A stretch of DNA of 63,753 nucleotides, counting the filler. It is 8 parts of 8 records of this genome, joined end to end, with 100 filler letters (N's around TTAATTAATTAA, not from the genome) between each part and the next. Parts side by side here need not be neighbours in the genome. Positions count along the whole stretch, not along the records: positions 13,088 to 24,023 come from SRR31147125_29122; positions 24,124 to 29,190 come from SRR31147125_29183; 6 more parts are not named here. The stretch is one strand, 5' to 3'. How positions within the stretch are numbered: position 1 is the first letter of the stretch; every line of letters starts with the position of its first letter. The notes beneath the pieces are model-generated. The model worked only from the letters and a program-made list of their open reading frames with translations, ran no database searches and was not told the DNA's origin. Positions 16,982 to 27,280 of this stretch are shown here, in pieces. The translations under genes and the position numbers were made by a program.

Positions 16982-17031
16982 TAACCCACTATAAAAAAGC
17001 ACCGTTACCGGTGCTTTTTTATAGTGGGTTA
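16982..17031. repeat. Perfect 23-bp inverted repeat with 4-nt loop (terminator-like or REP-like)
   Basis: TAACCCACTATAAAAAAGCACCG-ttac-CGGTGCTTTTTTATAGTGGGTTA. Confidence 0.85.
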
Positions 17032-17223
17032 AGAACCGGTGACTGTGAACAAGCACGTTGTTGTGCCAATGCCTGCCCCATAGGCTCCAACACGATAGAG
17101 GCAAAAAAGATGCGCGGGATCACCGCGCATCTTCATTTTTTTCAGCCGAAAGGCTCGGCAAGTCCGATAAACCATACCCACCCGAGGTCCCATACATCGT
17201 TTATAAATCTCTTTTGTTACACG

Positions 17224-18120
17224 CTAATCCTCATTATTTGAAAAATAACTGCGTATCACTTCCAGAAACAGCTTAGAGCTTGGATTGGACAAATTTTTCA
17301 GCCAGGCGCAGACATACACAATCTCACCGCCCGGAATATCCAGCGGGATGATGTCCACCGTATCTGATAAAAACGCTTTGGTCAGGCCCAAAGGCAGTAT
17401 CGATACACCGAGGCCGGAACCGACAGACAGCAAAACAGATTCGGCTCTGTCGTAGCGCTGTACAACCTTTGGCACAAAGTGCTGCGCGGCAAAAATGTCC
17501 ATGATCTGGCTGTACAGCTGCGGGCTTTCCGGCTGTGAAATCATGATAAACCGCTCGCTTACAAGCTCGGAAAAATCCAGATCCTTTTTCGCCAGCTTAT
17601 GCCCGTTAGGGACAACCAGTACCAGCTTGTCCGTATGCGTTACCAGATAATCCATCCGCCCGTCATCCGGAAGCATCGACAGATGCGCAAAGTGAAAATC
17701 AAACCGGTTTCCAAGCATAGCCTGTGCCTGCGCGCTGCCGGTATTCTGCGTAATATCAACCAGGATTTCCGGGTATCTTTGCGCAAAAACAGACAGGCAG
17801 CCTGTCAAGATGTACCCCGTCGTTGAGACGGTGGCAACCGACAAATAGCCTGTGCGCCCGCTGTGTATCTGCTCGACGTTGAACGCCGCTTTTTGCAACG
17901 TCGCTAAAACATCTACGGCATACGGCAGAAACGTACAGCCCTCCCGCGTCAGAAAAACATCCCGTTTTGTCCTGGAAAATAGCTGTGCCCCAAGCTCCGT
18001 CTCCAGCTCTAAGATGCTCCGGCTGATTTTAGGCTGCTGTACGCCGTTGAGCCGCGCGGCCTCCGAAAAATTCAGGGTTTGTGCGACTGAAACGAAATAT
18101 TTAAGATGGTCTAAATCCAT
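17224..18120 (-). CDS. LysR-family transcriptional regulator
   Basis: N-terminal LKYF-NFSEAA-QPxISRxIxELExELG-LFxR HTH; substrate-binding domain. Confidence 0.95.
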   Translation of the reverse strand: MDLDHLKYFVSVAQTLNFSEAARLNGVQQPKISRSILELETELGAQLFSRTKRDVFLTREGCTFLPYAVDVLATLQKAAFNVEQIHSGRTGYLSVATVSTTGYILTGCLSVFAQRYPEILVDITQNTGSAQAQAMLGNRFDFHFAHLSMLPDDGRMDYLVTHTDKLVLVVPNGHKLAKKDLDFSELVSERFIMISQPESPQLYSQIMDIFAAQHFVPKVVQRYDRAESVLLSVGSGLGVSILPLGLTKAFLSDTVDIIPLDIPGGEIVYVCAWLKNLSNPSSKLFLEVIRSYFSNNED

Positions 18121-18384
18121 TGGCTGCCTCTAGAATCTTTCTTTGTTATTCATTAATTACATCACACTATGTCTAATTTAAATTATAGCATTTATATATT
18201 TACATTTCAACAAACGCAATATCTTCTGTTCATTTCGTCTGTTGACTTATTTTTTCATTCTTGCTATAATTCAAAAATAGTATTACGTTATTCATTTTCA
18301 GCATTATAGCATGTTTCAATTCATTTATGACCAAAACATGTCCGGTGCGGTAGCGCCTGGATAAACGTTTCAAAGGAGGCTTTA

Positions 18385-19179
18385 ATGCAACATTTTATCA
18401 AACCTGTTTATTTTAAACGCCTGTTTATTTACTGCCTTGGCCTGTTCATTATGGCCCTCGGCGTCTCCATCTCGGTTAAGTCCAATCTTGGCGTTTCTCC
18501 CGTCAACTCTATTCCCAAGGTTCTCAGCGAGGTGTTCACTCAGCTGAGCATGGGCACCTGGACCACCATTATTTTCTGCTGCTTTATCCTGATCCAGCTG
18601 CTCATCCTCCGGCGCGAATTTAAGCCGCAGTGCTTTCTTCAAATACTTTGTTCGTTCCTGTTTGGTTCTTTTGTGGACCTGAGCAATTGGCTCACCGCTC
18701 TTGTTGTACCCGACCCGGGTACGTATCTGCTCCGCCTGATCTACCTTGTTGTCAGTATGGCGCTGGTTGGACTTGGAATCCTTTTTTATCTGGAGCCGAA
18801 TATTTTGCCGCTGCCGGGCGAGGGCGTTATGCTCGCGGTCTCGCGCAAATACAACATTCCCCTGCATAAATGCAAAATCGGTTTTGACTCGACGGTTGTC
18901 GTCATCGCCGCCGTCATCTCGCTGGGCTATTTTCATTACTTTAACGGTGTACGCGAAGGCACCGTGCTGGCAGCCCTGGGCGTCGGCAAATTCCTCGGTA
19001 TCTTTACAACACTGTTTCAACAAAAGCTCCGACGGTTCGCGGAAAAAGATCCGCTTACCAACCAAAATAATGACGCATCTCTCTCCAAGAAAGCCGGGAA
19101 CCCCTTACCACCGACACGCCGCAGAGAATCGCCGGTAGCCTGCCAGCCGTTCGTTTCGGAAAATCTTCCAACGGACTAA
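18385..19179 (+). CDS. YczE/YyaS/YitT-type membrane protein
   Basis: GLFIMALG-SNLGVSP and VREGTV motifs; divergent from the LysR gene. Confidence 0.85.
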   Translation: MQHFIKPVYFKRLFIYCLGLFIMALGVSISVKSNLGVSPVNSIPKVLSEVFTQLSMGTWTTIIFCCFILIQLLILRREFKPQCFLQILCSFLFGSFVDLSNWLTALVVPDPGTYLLRLIYLVVSMALVGLGILFYLEPNILPLPGEGVMLAVSRKYNIPLHKCKIGFDSTVVVIAAVISLGYFHYFNGVREGTVLAALGVGKFLGIFTTLFQQKLRRFAEKDPLTNQNNDASLSKKAGNPLPPTRRRESPVACQPFVSENLPTD

Positions 19180-19214
19180 TAACTCATTAACGCATTGCTT
19201 ACGGAGGTTCTGTT

Positions 19215-19469
19215 ATGATCCACATTTCACGCAAAGTAAAACTACTTTTAGCCGTTATACTCAACATTCTTTTGCTGGCCGTCTTATTTACGGTCTTCAC
19301 ACGATACGCCGACTCCCTGCTGCTGACGCTTCTGTCCACTTCACTGACACATATTTCGGTATGCGGCTCGCTGCTGTATTTTATCTACATCTCTCCGTCC
19401 GGCGACAGAGAAACGGCAGCAGAAGACAACAGCACTTTAAATCATTTTTTTGTACCCGTATCAAAATAA
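19215..19469 (+). CDS. Small two-helix membrane protein
   Basis: GGAGG SD; two hydrophobic helices. Confidence 0.5.
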   Translation: MIHISRKVKLLLAVILNILLLAVLFTVFTRYADSLLLTLLSTSLTHISVCGSLLYFIYISPSGDRETAAEDNSTLNHFFVPVSK

Positions 19470-19586
19470 CGCTCGAGGGGTTTCGGGATCATTTGCGACG
19501 GAATATGTATGCCGCTGTTTACATGACTGGTAACAGCGGCTGCATTTAATATTATTGTATAGCGCCGTCCGAGCGGCGCCACACAA

Positions 19587-19618
19587 ACAAAAAGCCCGCC
19601 GATTGGCGGGCTTTTTGT
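19587..19618. terminator. Bidirectional terminator
   Basis: ACAAAAAGCCCGCC-gatt-GGCGGGCTTTTTGT. Confidence 0.8.
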
Positions 19619-19677
19619 GCCGGTGAAGGCAAGGAGGGAGCTGTGCTTTAGGAGGCAATACAAAGCTAAGCGGATGC

Positions 19678-20949
19678 TTAGACGTCGTATTCAAATTGGG
19701 TGCCGTGGTAATCGTAGCTGTGCAGGTCCATTCCCGTAAATTCGTCGACCCACTCGAAAAACTCCGTATAATTGTCATGCGTCAGCAGATAACACGGCGC
19801 GATGAGCTTGGCATACGTCTGGCCGTTGTTAATCCAGTTCGGCCACAGCGTCTCCGGCGTCGTCTCACCGTCGATCATCGACACAAGCCCGGCGCAGATG
19901 GTGCTTGAGGCCAGCAGCGCCTCGTAATAGATGGCGGATTTCCAGCAGCTTTGGGAGCCGGCGTCCCATTCGGCCACCAGTGTTGTGCCGCCGGTGGCGG
20001 TGATGAGCGTCACATCGTCCTTTTGGGCGGCTTCAACCGCGCGGGCTGCGCCGGCAGCGAAATCGTCCATTGTCGAGGCAATCAGCCAGTGCTCAATCTC
20101 GGGATGGGCGGCGAGAATCGCGCCCGCCTGATTGTAGCCGGTCTCGGCACTGAAGCTGTTAACGGTAGAGCCGTCGGCCACGAAATACCGGTTCTCGGCA
20201 ACATCCGGCAAAAGCTCGACAAGCTTGTCGTAAGAGCCGCGCTCACGCACGTGGATATCGGCGATCACAGAGAAATCAAGTGACATGAAGCCGAGCGTGC
20301 TCACGTCATAGTCGCCCCATTCCTTTTCTGCATTTTCCAAAAGCCATTCGGTCATATCCAAGCCGAAGCCGTAGTTGTCAATCGTCAGGGACGGCTGCAG
20401 CAGGTTGCCTTCGTCGTCCATCACCATGCTCAGCCCCGGAAACCAGATAAGGTTGTATTCATCGCACACCTCCAACGTACGATCCCGAATTTCAGTGGGG
20501 AAATCAAGGAAAAAGCCGTCATAATCCTGAGAAGCCAGTGTTTCGAGCATGCTGATATATGTATCGTTATTATCATTGGCCGAGAAATCCGTCAGCGAAT
20601 AGTTGAGCTTTTCGCCCCACCGTCCGTATGCATCAATGAACATTTGGTGCATGGAGGTCGGCACGCTGAGAATCACAAAGCCGATGTTATAGGAATCTCG
20701 GTTAAAATAGTCCTTGTCGGGGTCGTAGTATCCGGGCGTTCCCGCCATTTCCTCCGGGGAGGGCGTGTTTTTCGACGGTTCGGACGCGCTGCTGTCCGGC
20801 GAGGCGGGCGGCGCGCTGCTTTCGGGCGCGCTGGATTCGGATGTCTGAGGGTTGCCGGAATCATTGCTTGCGCAGGCGACTAGGGTGCATGCCAGAAGTA
20901 CCGCCAGGATTGCCGCTGTGATTTTCTTGCTGAGCCTCATCTGTTTCAT
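19678..20949 (-). CDS. Sugar-type ABC substrate-binding lipoprotein (RbsB-like fold)
   Basis: Lipobox LVAC, Ser/Pro linker, DNYxxG and DDFAxGAARA motifs. Confidence 0.8.
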   Translation of the reverse strand: MKQMRLSKKITAAILAVLLACTLVACASNDSGNPQTSESSAPESSAPPASPDSSASEPSKNTPSPEEMAGTPGYYDPDKDYFNRDSYNIGFVILSVPTSMHQMFIDAYGRWGEKLNYSLTDFSANDNNDTYISMLETLASQDYDGFFLDFPTEIRDRTLEVCDEYNLIWFPGLSMVMDDEGNLLQPSLTIDNYGFGLDMTEWLLENAEKEWGDYDVSTLGFMSLDFSVIADIHVRERGSYDKLVELLPDVAENRYFVADGSTVNSFSAETGYNQAGAILAAHPEIEHWLIASTMDDFAAGAARAVEAAQKDDVTLITATGGTTLVAEWDAGSQSCWKSAIYYEALLASSTICAGLVSMIDGETTPETLWPNWINNGQTYAKLIAPCYLLTHDNYTEFFEWVDEFTGMDLHSYDYHGTQFEYDV

Positions 20950-21024
20950 CCTTTCAAATTTGTTGACCTCTTCCGTTTCGGGGATGCCGCTTATGATGGC
21001 GGAGCCGTCTGACTCCGTAAAGCG

Positions 21025-21339
21025 CTATTTTCCCATATAATTATAATTGACGCGGCGGATTTCGCCGGTCTTTTTATTTTTCCAGCAGATACGCATATTA
21101 AGAGGATGGTTGAGCTTGTTGGCGTCGTTTCCGACGGGGCAGTCAGCCACGCACGCGCCGCAAAACCAGCACTCATCGGGGTACATCACGATGGGCGGCT
21201 TACCCGCCGCGGGATTTGGCATCAGCACGTCGCACCGGCAAACTTCCACGCAGGTATTACAGCCGATGCACTTTGTTTCATCGAAGGTAACGCACTCGTT
21301 CGGCGTAGTAGGATTGGGAATAAAGTAGGCATTATACAT
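21025..21339 (-). CDS. 2x[4Fe-4S] ferredoxin, AprB-like
   Basis: CIGCNTCVEVC and YPDECWFCGACVADCP; start MYNAY behind GGAG. Confidence 0.9.
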   Translation of the reverse strand: MYNAYFIPNPTTPNECVTFDETKCIGCNTCVEVCRCDVLMPNPAAGKPPIVMYPDECWFCGACVADCPVGNDANKLNHPLNMRICWKNKKTGEIRRVNYNYMGK

Positions 21340-21340
21340 A

Positions 21341-23329
21341 TCAGCACTCCTCCAGGCAGCCGTGTTTTTCATAACACGCACGGTAGCTCCCCTCGCTGGT
21401 ATAGATATCCTCGGGGATTTCCTGTGATACTATTTCTCCGTCCTTCTGGAACAGGGCTATAACCACATCTCGTTGCTCGGGATAATCCAGCCGTTCAAAA
21501 TTGAGTGCCTTTGTGCTGCATCGGCGGGCCAGGCAGTGCTGCAAAATAATTTCGCAGACTGACAGGCGTACCTCCGCGCCCAGCGTCCGGGTCAGCTCGT
21601 GCGGGTTGGCCGCTACCGTTTTGGCCAGCTCGTTTTCGCGGATGGAGCCGAGCCACCACAGGCCCATGTCCAGAACCTCTTTATTTTTATAATCACCGCA
21701 GTAATCCTGCATCACGCGGCACAGCCCCAGCTGTACTTCCTTCCAGCCGTAACCCTTATCGCCCTGCACATAGGCGTATATCCGCTTCTTTTCAGCGTTA
21801 ATCTGGCCCTCATCCGGCGCTGTAAGCGCCTGGTTTTTGGCCCATGCGGTAGCCGTACGGCCGGCATACCGGCCGGTTGATGCGGAAAATGACGCGCCGC
21901 CAAGGCCGGATACCTGATTGCCGGCGGCATACAGTCCCTCAAGGGATGAGCGCATATCCCAATCGACCACGATACCGCCGAAGCCGCCAAAGGACGTGTC
22001 GCGCATGTTCGGGCCGTTGACGCCAGGGAGCTTAACGTCCCAGAAGGGTTCCTCGTTGACACCTGCGTATTTCGGATGCAGGACGTTCACCATCAGCATA
22101 TCTTCCTCCGGGTCAAAACCGGCGTCGCGCAGTGTTTTTAAAATCGGCACGGCCGTTTTGCCCTCGTTGCCGATCATCAGGCCGAATATAGCGCGCCTCT
22201 CGTAATCGGGCATGTCCGTCATATCCGCGTAAAACGGCAGCTTGAATTCGCCGTTCATGATCCGCTCCTCAAGGTCGGGCGTCATCAGCGGTCCGCATGT
22301 CTCATAGGGTGATTTCATCCCCATACCCAGCGGCATCCACAACCGCTGGCCTTCGGCCGGCAGGCTGCGACCGTCAACCGTCTCGACGGGCTTGTTATCC
22401 CGGTCGACCCAGGGAATCTCTTTGCCCTCCGAGTCCACAATCGTACAGGGAAACCAGGTGTTGTTGGCGTTGCCCGTGCCGTAAGATGGGTACCGCCGGC
22501 CGCCGGACGAGGCTTGGCTGTATTCCATCAAGGACAGCTTCGCGCCGGCCTCCCAGGCCATCACGTCACCGTCGCCGTCCCAGTTGGGGTCATATTCATG
22601 CGCGTTGGAGCCGACCTTCTCCCAGGCCATTTCCCACAGCCGGATCGGCTGTCCGGTCGATAAGATGGTCGCCTTCGCGCTGAAAACAAAAAACTCGCCG
22701 GTCCGGGTGCTGACGCCTGCCGCCCCAATAACCCGGGCCCCCTGCTTCCCGCCCTGCGTTAAAAGTTTCGTGGTCATAACCCGGTCATACATCGTAATGC
22801 CCAGGCGCTTCATTTCATTGTACAAGGTCGGCTTCAGATTCGCGCCCTTGAGGCGCAGATAGGTTTTATTTGTGTGATCATAGGCAAACATCAGCTTGGT
22901 TTCGGGGTCCCTGAAGGGCGCGCCCTCAAATTCGCCGTCCGTGTCCCGGGTATTCATGCCGTATGCCTCAAATTCCTCAATGCACGGCCACGATTCGTTG
23001 TATGTTATGTAGGTCGCCGGCCCCATGGCGTACATTTTCGGCGGGAAAAGGCTGATCATTTCGTCGGGAGTTATTTTGCTGGTGGGATGTGTGAGCGGAA
23101 AATACCAGTGATCGAGGCCGACGCCGGCAGAGCCGCTGCGGCTAATGGGTGCTTTGTCCACCACAATGACCTTCGCGCCGCGCTTCGCCGCGCTGATAGC
23201 CGCGAAACAGCCGGCCAGCCCGCCGCCGATAATAAGTACATCACACGCGTCCCGCGTTTCCTGTCCGTATTTGACGGGATACGGCCAGGGCGCCGGTACA
23301 TTTTCCTCGAGATACTGCCTGTATTCCAT
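21341..23329 (-). CDS. FAD-dependent oxidoreductase, AprA/SdhA family
   Basis: DVLIIGGGLAG, RSGSAGVGLDH, GDGDVMAWEAGA, GLYAAG; start MEYRQY behind GAGGGG. Confidence 0.85.
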   Translation of the reverse strand: MEYRQYLEENVPAPWPYPVKYGQETRDACDVLIIGGGLAGCFAAISAAKRGAKVIVVDKAPISRSGSAGVGLDHWYFPLTHPTSKITPDEMISLFPPKMYAMGPATYITYNESWPCIEEFEAYGMNTRDTDGEFEGAPFRDPETKLMFAYDHTNKTYLRLKGANLKPTLYNEMKRLGITMYDRVMTTKLLTQGGKQGARVIGAAGVSTRTGEFFVFSAKATILSTGQPIRLWEMAWEKVGSNAHEYDPNWDGDGDVMAWEAGAKLSLMEYSQASSGGRRYPSYGTGNANNTWFPCTIVDSEGKEIPWVDRDNKPVETVDGRSLPAEGQRLWMPLGMGMKSPYETCGPLMTPDLEERIMNGEFKLPFYADMTDMPDYERRAIFGLMIGNEGKTAVPILKTLRDAGFDPEEDMLMVNVLHPKYAGVNEEPFWDVKLPGVNGPNMRDTSFGGFGGIVVDWDMRSSLEGLYAAGNQVSGLGGASFSASTGRYAGRTATAWAKNQALTAPDEGQINAEKKRIYAYVQGDKGYGWKEVQLGLCRVMQDYCGDYKNKEVLDMGLWWLGSIRENELAKTVAANPHELTRTLGAEVRLSVCEIILQHCLARRCSTKALNFERLDYPEQRDVVIALFQKDGEIVSQEIPEDIYTSEGSYRACYEKHGCLEEC

Positions 23330-23616
23330 AGACACGTCCCCCTCAAAGGCATACTTAAAGACTGCAAAACCGCTATCTTTACCCAAGCGGCAAGAGATAG
23401 CGTCTCATGATTACAATAATAAATTGGCTGCCGGCAAAGCCGCGTAGATTTATTATAGCATCAGCTTGTGCACCCCGTTAATGCCCCGGTAGTATAAATT
23501 TGGGTTATACTGACCGTACTGGCAACATGATTGACAGTTGATTTTGTACGTTTTGTATAGTAAACTAGTCATGTTACACCCATTCTGACGAATAATCGTC
23601 GCAAAGAGGTGCTGAT

Positions 23617-24023
23617 ATGAAACTCAATTCCGGCATCATCGCCCACGCGCTCCCAAGCGAACCGCAATATATCTGCGGGACGCCGGACCACAGCCTGACA
23701 TTGACAGATATCCGCATGCTGACGCCGGAATACGGCCTGTTTTCCGACGATATTCTTTATTTTGCCGTATGGGACGAGCTTCGAGAGCTCGGCGACCATG
23801 TTCCGGCCTATCTATGCTGTGTCGGCGGGGGTGAGGACGCCCTGGCGTTTTTTAAACGCGCCAAAATCAAAGGCTTTATTCTGGAGGACCAAAGCCCGTT
23901 TATGGCCTTCGGGATTATCCAGAGCATTTTTCATCGCTACCATGAGCTTGAACGAAGCCTGATGGAAGCGGTGATGCTCCGCGCACCGACAAAGACCATC
24001 TTAAACTGCTGCGCTGAGTTTTT
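23617..24023 (+). CDS. Probable PucR/CdaR-type regulator, N-terminal part (truncated by contig end)
   Basis: GAGGTG SD; divergent from the oxidoreductase operon; N-terminal region resembles such regulators. Confidence 0.45.
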
Positions 24024-24123
24024 NNNNNNNNNNNNNNNNNNNNNNNNNNNNNNNNNNNNNNNNNNNNTTAATTAATTAANNNNNNNNNNNNNNNNNNNNN
24101 NNNNNNNNNNNNNNNNNNNNNNN

Positions 24124-25046
24124 ACCTCTGTACCAAGGTAGAATTCAACAATATCACATTGATTAGGACAATCATTACATTCTAATAGTTTTGTGGAATA
24201 TTCATTATCTATAATATCAAAGCCAGCGAAATTACTTTCTTTTCTTTCAGTATCTACTTTCTCCTTAGCCATAAGCGCAGCTCCCCATGCACCCATTACA
24301 TCATGGTATTTAGGCACATCTATTTTCATCCCTAATGTCTTACTAAATGCATTAACTATTCCCTTGTTTGCTGCAACTCCTCCCTGAAATACAATAGGTT
24401 CCATAATTTCTTTACCTTTTGCTAGATTACTTAAATAGTTTCTTACCAAAGCCTCACATAAACCAGCAATAATATCCTCCATTGAATGTCCATTTTGCTG
24501 TTTGTGAATCATATCAGACTCTGCAAACACCGCGCATCTGCCCGCTATTCTTACAGGTGCTTTTGATTTTAAGGCATATTCCCCAAAATCATTTATTGGC
24601 ATCCCTAATCTACTCGCCTGTCTGTCCAAAAACGAGCCTGTACCAGCAGCGCACACTGAATTCATCGCAAAATCTGTTACAATTGAATCTCTCAGCAAAA
24701 TTATTTTGGAATCCTGTCCTCCGATTTCTAAAACAGTCCTAACTTCTGGCAGATATTCTATAGCTGCAGTAGCATGAGTACTTATTTCATTCTTTACTAA
24801 ATCAGCGCCAAGCATTTTTGCCGCCAGCTGCCTTCCGCTTCCTGTTGTTCCAATGCCTGCAATATCAATATCTAAATAGTTATAAAAACTTTCTCTAAGC
24901 AAAGTCATAGCATTCTGAATGGCTGATATAGGTTTACCTTCAGTTTTTACATATATTTTATTTATTACGTTCTTTTCATCATCCATTAACACAATATTTG
25001 TACTAACAGAACCTACATCAACTCCTAAATACGCACTTTTATCCAT
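24124..25046 (-). CDS. Acyl-CoA dehydratase activase (BadF/BadG/BcrA/BcrD ATPase), 3' truncated
   Basis: LGVDVGSVST, GTTGSGR, EIGGQDSK, CAAGTGSFLD, RCAVFAESD. Confidence 0.92.
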
Positions 25047-26156
25047 CTTTTGCCTCCAGATAATTCTGATAAGCTTTGTTCTTATCACTTCTCCTTTTCA
25101 GCAAATCAATAAAAGCTTCTACCCGGGTCATATATCCTGCTTCTCCTGTCATCTCATCCATTACTAAAGTCAATATAGGTATATTAAAATCTCTAGAAAC
25201 TTGTACTAGTAAACTCTGTGCAACTATTTCAGGTATACATCCTAAAGGGTAAAGCTGAATAATCCCGTCGTATCCATCTTTTGCATGAATTATTGCATTA
25301 CCGACTGTCTCTCTGGTATGACCTCCTATACAATGGTTAATATAGTCCTTTGCAGCTTTTTTGTAATCATTAACTTGTGTTATTGGCAAAGTTGATTTTA
25401 TTATATGCTCTACTACCCAATTGCTTATTGTTACGCATCTTTCAACTAATACCCCCATTGCGCACAATTTGCTTTCTAATCTTAAGTTTGTCCAAGGGTC
25501 AATAGTTCCGTATATTTCACCAACAATAGCTATTTTCAGGGGCTTTGTAAAAGGATTTAGCGGTGTGGATAATAGCATCTCTTTTGTTATCCTAATCATA
25601 TCCAATATTTCTTTTGAACCATATGCTTTCAGCACATTTTTCCTGAAAGTATTATATATTTTTTCTGCAGTCCCTTTTTTAGTCTCTAATGCTGCTGTGT
25701 TTCTATATAACCGCTCTAGACTATCAACTTTTCTGCAAATATTAGTTGCGTTAAACCCAGCTCTAGATATATTTAGCACATTAAAATTCCCAACAAGCGT
25801 CTTTATACGCCTTATTAGTTCGCTTACTCCTTTTTGGCAGTTTTCCAAAATTATTGTTTCCATCTTTATGCCGACATCTTCAAGTATTTCTTTCTGCATC
25901 TGGCAGTAGTACCCAAATCTGCATGGTCCCATGAACCTACCATCAAATGAGTATCTGCACCTAATTCATTAGCTTGTATTAAGTTTCCTACTGTTATCTT
26001 AAGTGGTAAACAAGCGCCCTCAGGGGCGTATCTTGAACCTAATTCCAAAGTTTTCTTACTTGTCATAGGTGACATTACATAGTCAATATCTAAATCATCC
26101 AGCAATCCTTTAACCATTATATATACATTTCCCATGTGCGGAAACGCTACTTTCAT
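25039..26156 (-). pseudogene. 2-hydroxyacyl-CoA dehydratase / CoA-activase-associated protein, split by a one-base frameshift near 25929
   Basis: N-terminal part MKVAFPHMGN..PEGACLPLK..MVGSW continues in another frame as GPCRFGYY..DEMTGEAGYMTRVEAF. Confidence 0.75.
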
Positions 26157-27089
26157 TTTTCCTTTTCCTCCAATTAATTGTATCAATAAATGCTTCAATT
26201 CTTGTATCCATTCCCGCTTCTCCTGTGTGCTCATCCAATAGCAAAGTCATAAAAGGTATATTTCTTTGTCTAATTCTTTTTTCGACCATATATCCTACAA
26301 AAGAATCTTCGCCGCATCCAAAGCATGTTAGAAAAATAATTCCATCAATATCACTAGAATTCATCACTTGGTATGCACATCCTAAAGCCTTTGTTCCATA
26401 ATCCCAATATAATGGTTTTTCTAAAACTTTTGTGTTCTCTTTCAAATGACGACTATCATAATAATCCAAAGTTATAACATCAGCATTATGTCTTTGTATT
26501 TTATTAACCAAATCTAAATTTAAAAATCTGTCATATACTGTGTAAGCATGCCCCATAAGCAGTATCTTAATATTTTCATTATCAGTTTTTATCTTGCTTT
26601 TATTGAGAGTAGTGCCGATTTTTTTAATTCTATTTTTTTTGTATTCAATAACCGCCTGATTATAGGCATCCTGTGAAGCTTTTTTAGTAAAACCTAGTTT
26701 TTGTCCTGTTTCAATAGCCGCCTTAAGTCCGCCATTACTTTTTTTATGCATATTAATCTCTGTATCTATTATAAGCTGAAGATTATCAATAGATGAATAA
26801 ACCATATTAGGTAATCCACCTACCATAGGGCAGATATATTCTTTTTTTGATATGCTGGTATATCTGGGAATAAACAGGATATCAGCTTTTTTACTTACAT
26901 CTATTACATGACCTATGTATGCCTTTATCGGCATACACGCTTCACTTATGCAGAAACTTATACCATCATTCAGTATTTTTTGATTTGTACTGGATGATGT
27001 TATAACCTCAATTCCTAACTGCGAAAAAAAATATTCCACAATAAAGAATATTTAAAGAAAAGCATACCTTGTGGTATTCCTATTTTCAT
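26110..27089 (-). pseudogene. DUF2229 CoA-activase-related protein, frameshifted near 27036
   Basis: GGAGG + ATG 27089 gives MKIGIPQGMLFFKYSLLW, out of frame with EYFFSQLG..CMPIK..ICP..CFGCGxDS..DEHTGEAG. Confidence 0.7.
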
Positions 27090-27280
27090 AGTTAAAACCT
27101 CCATTTGTATTTTAAGCTTCATAATAATTTTTATTCTGTTTATATATGGAATCAACTTTAGTATGTTTTTAATTCTGTATGAAAATATATTAATATGATA
27201 TAATTGAGTAAATTTTACTTAACTATTTTTTAGTATAGCTAGTCTATAATAAATCCAAATAAAATAATGAGGATACTACA

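Noticed and set aside
19490-19580. Small hairpins GCCGCTGTT/AACAGCGGC and GCGCCG/CGGCGC as a possible riboswitch or sRNA
   Set aside because: They lie between convergent 3' ends next to a terminator and show no recognisable aptamer consensus.
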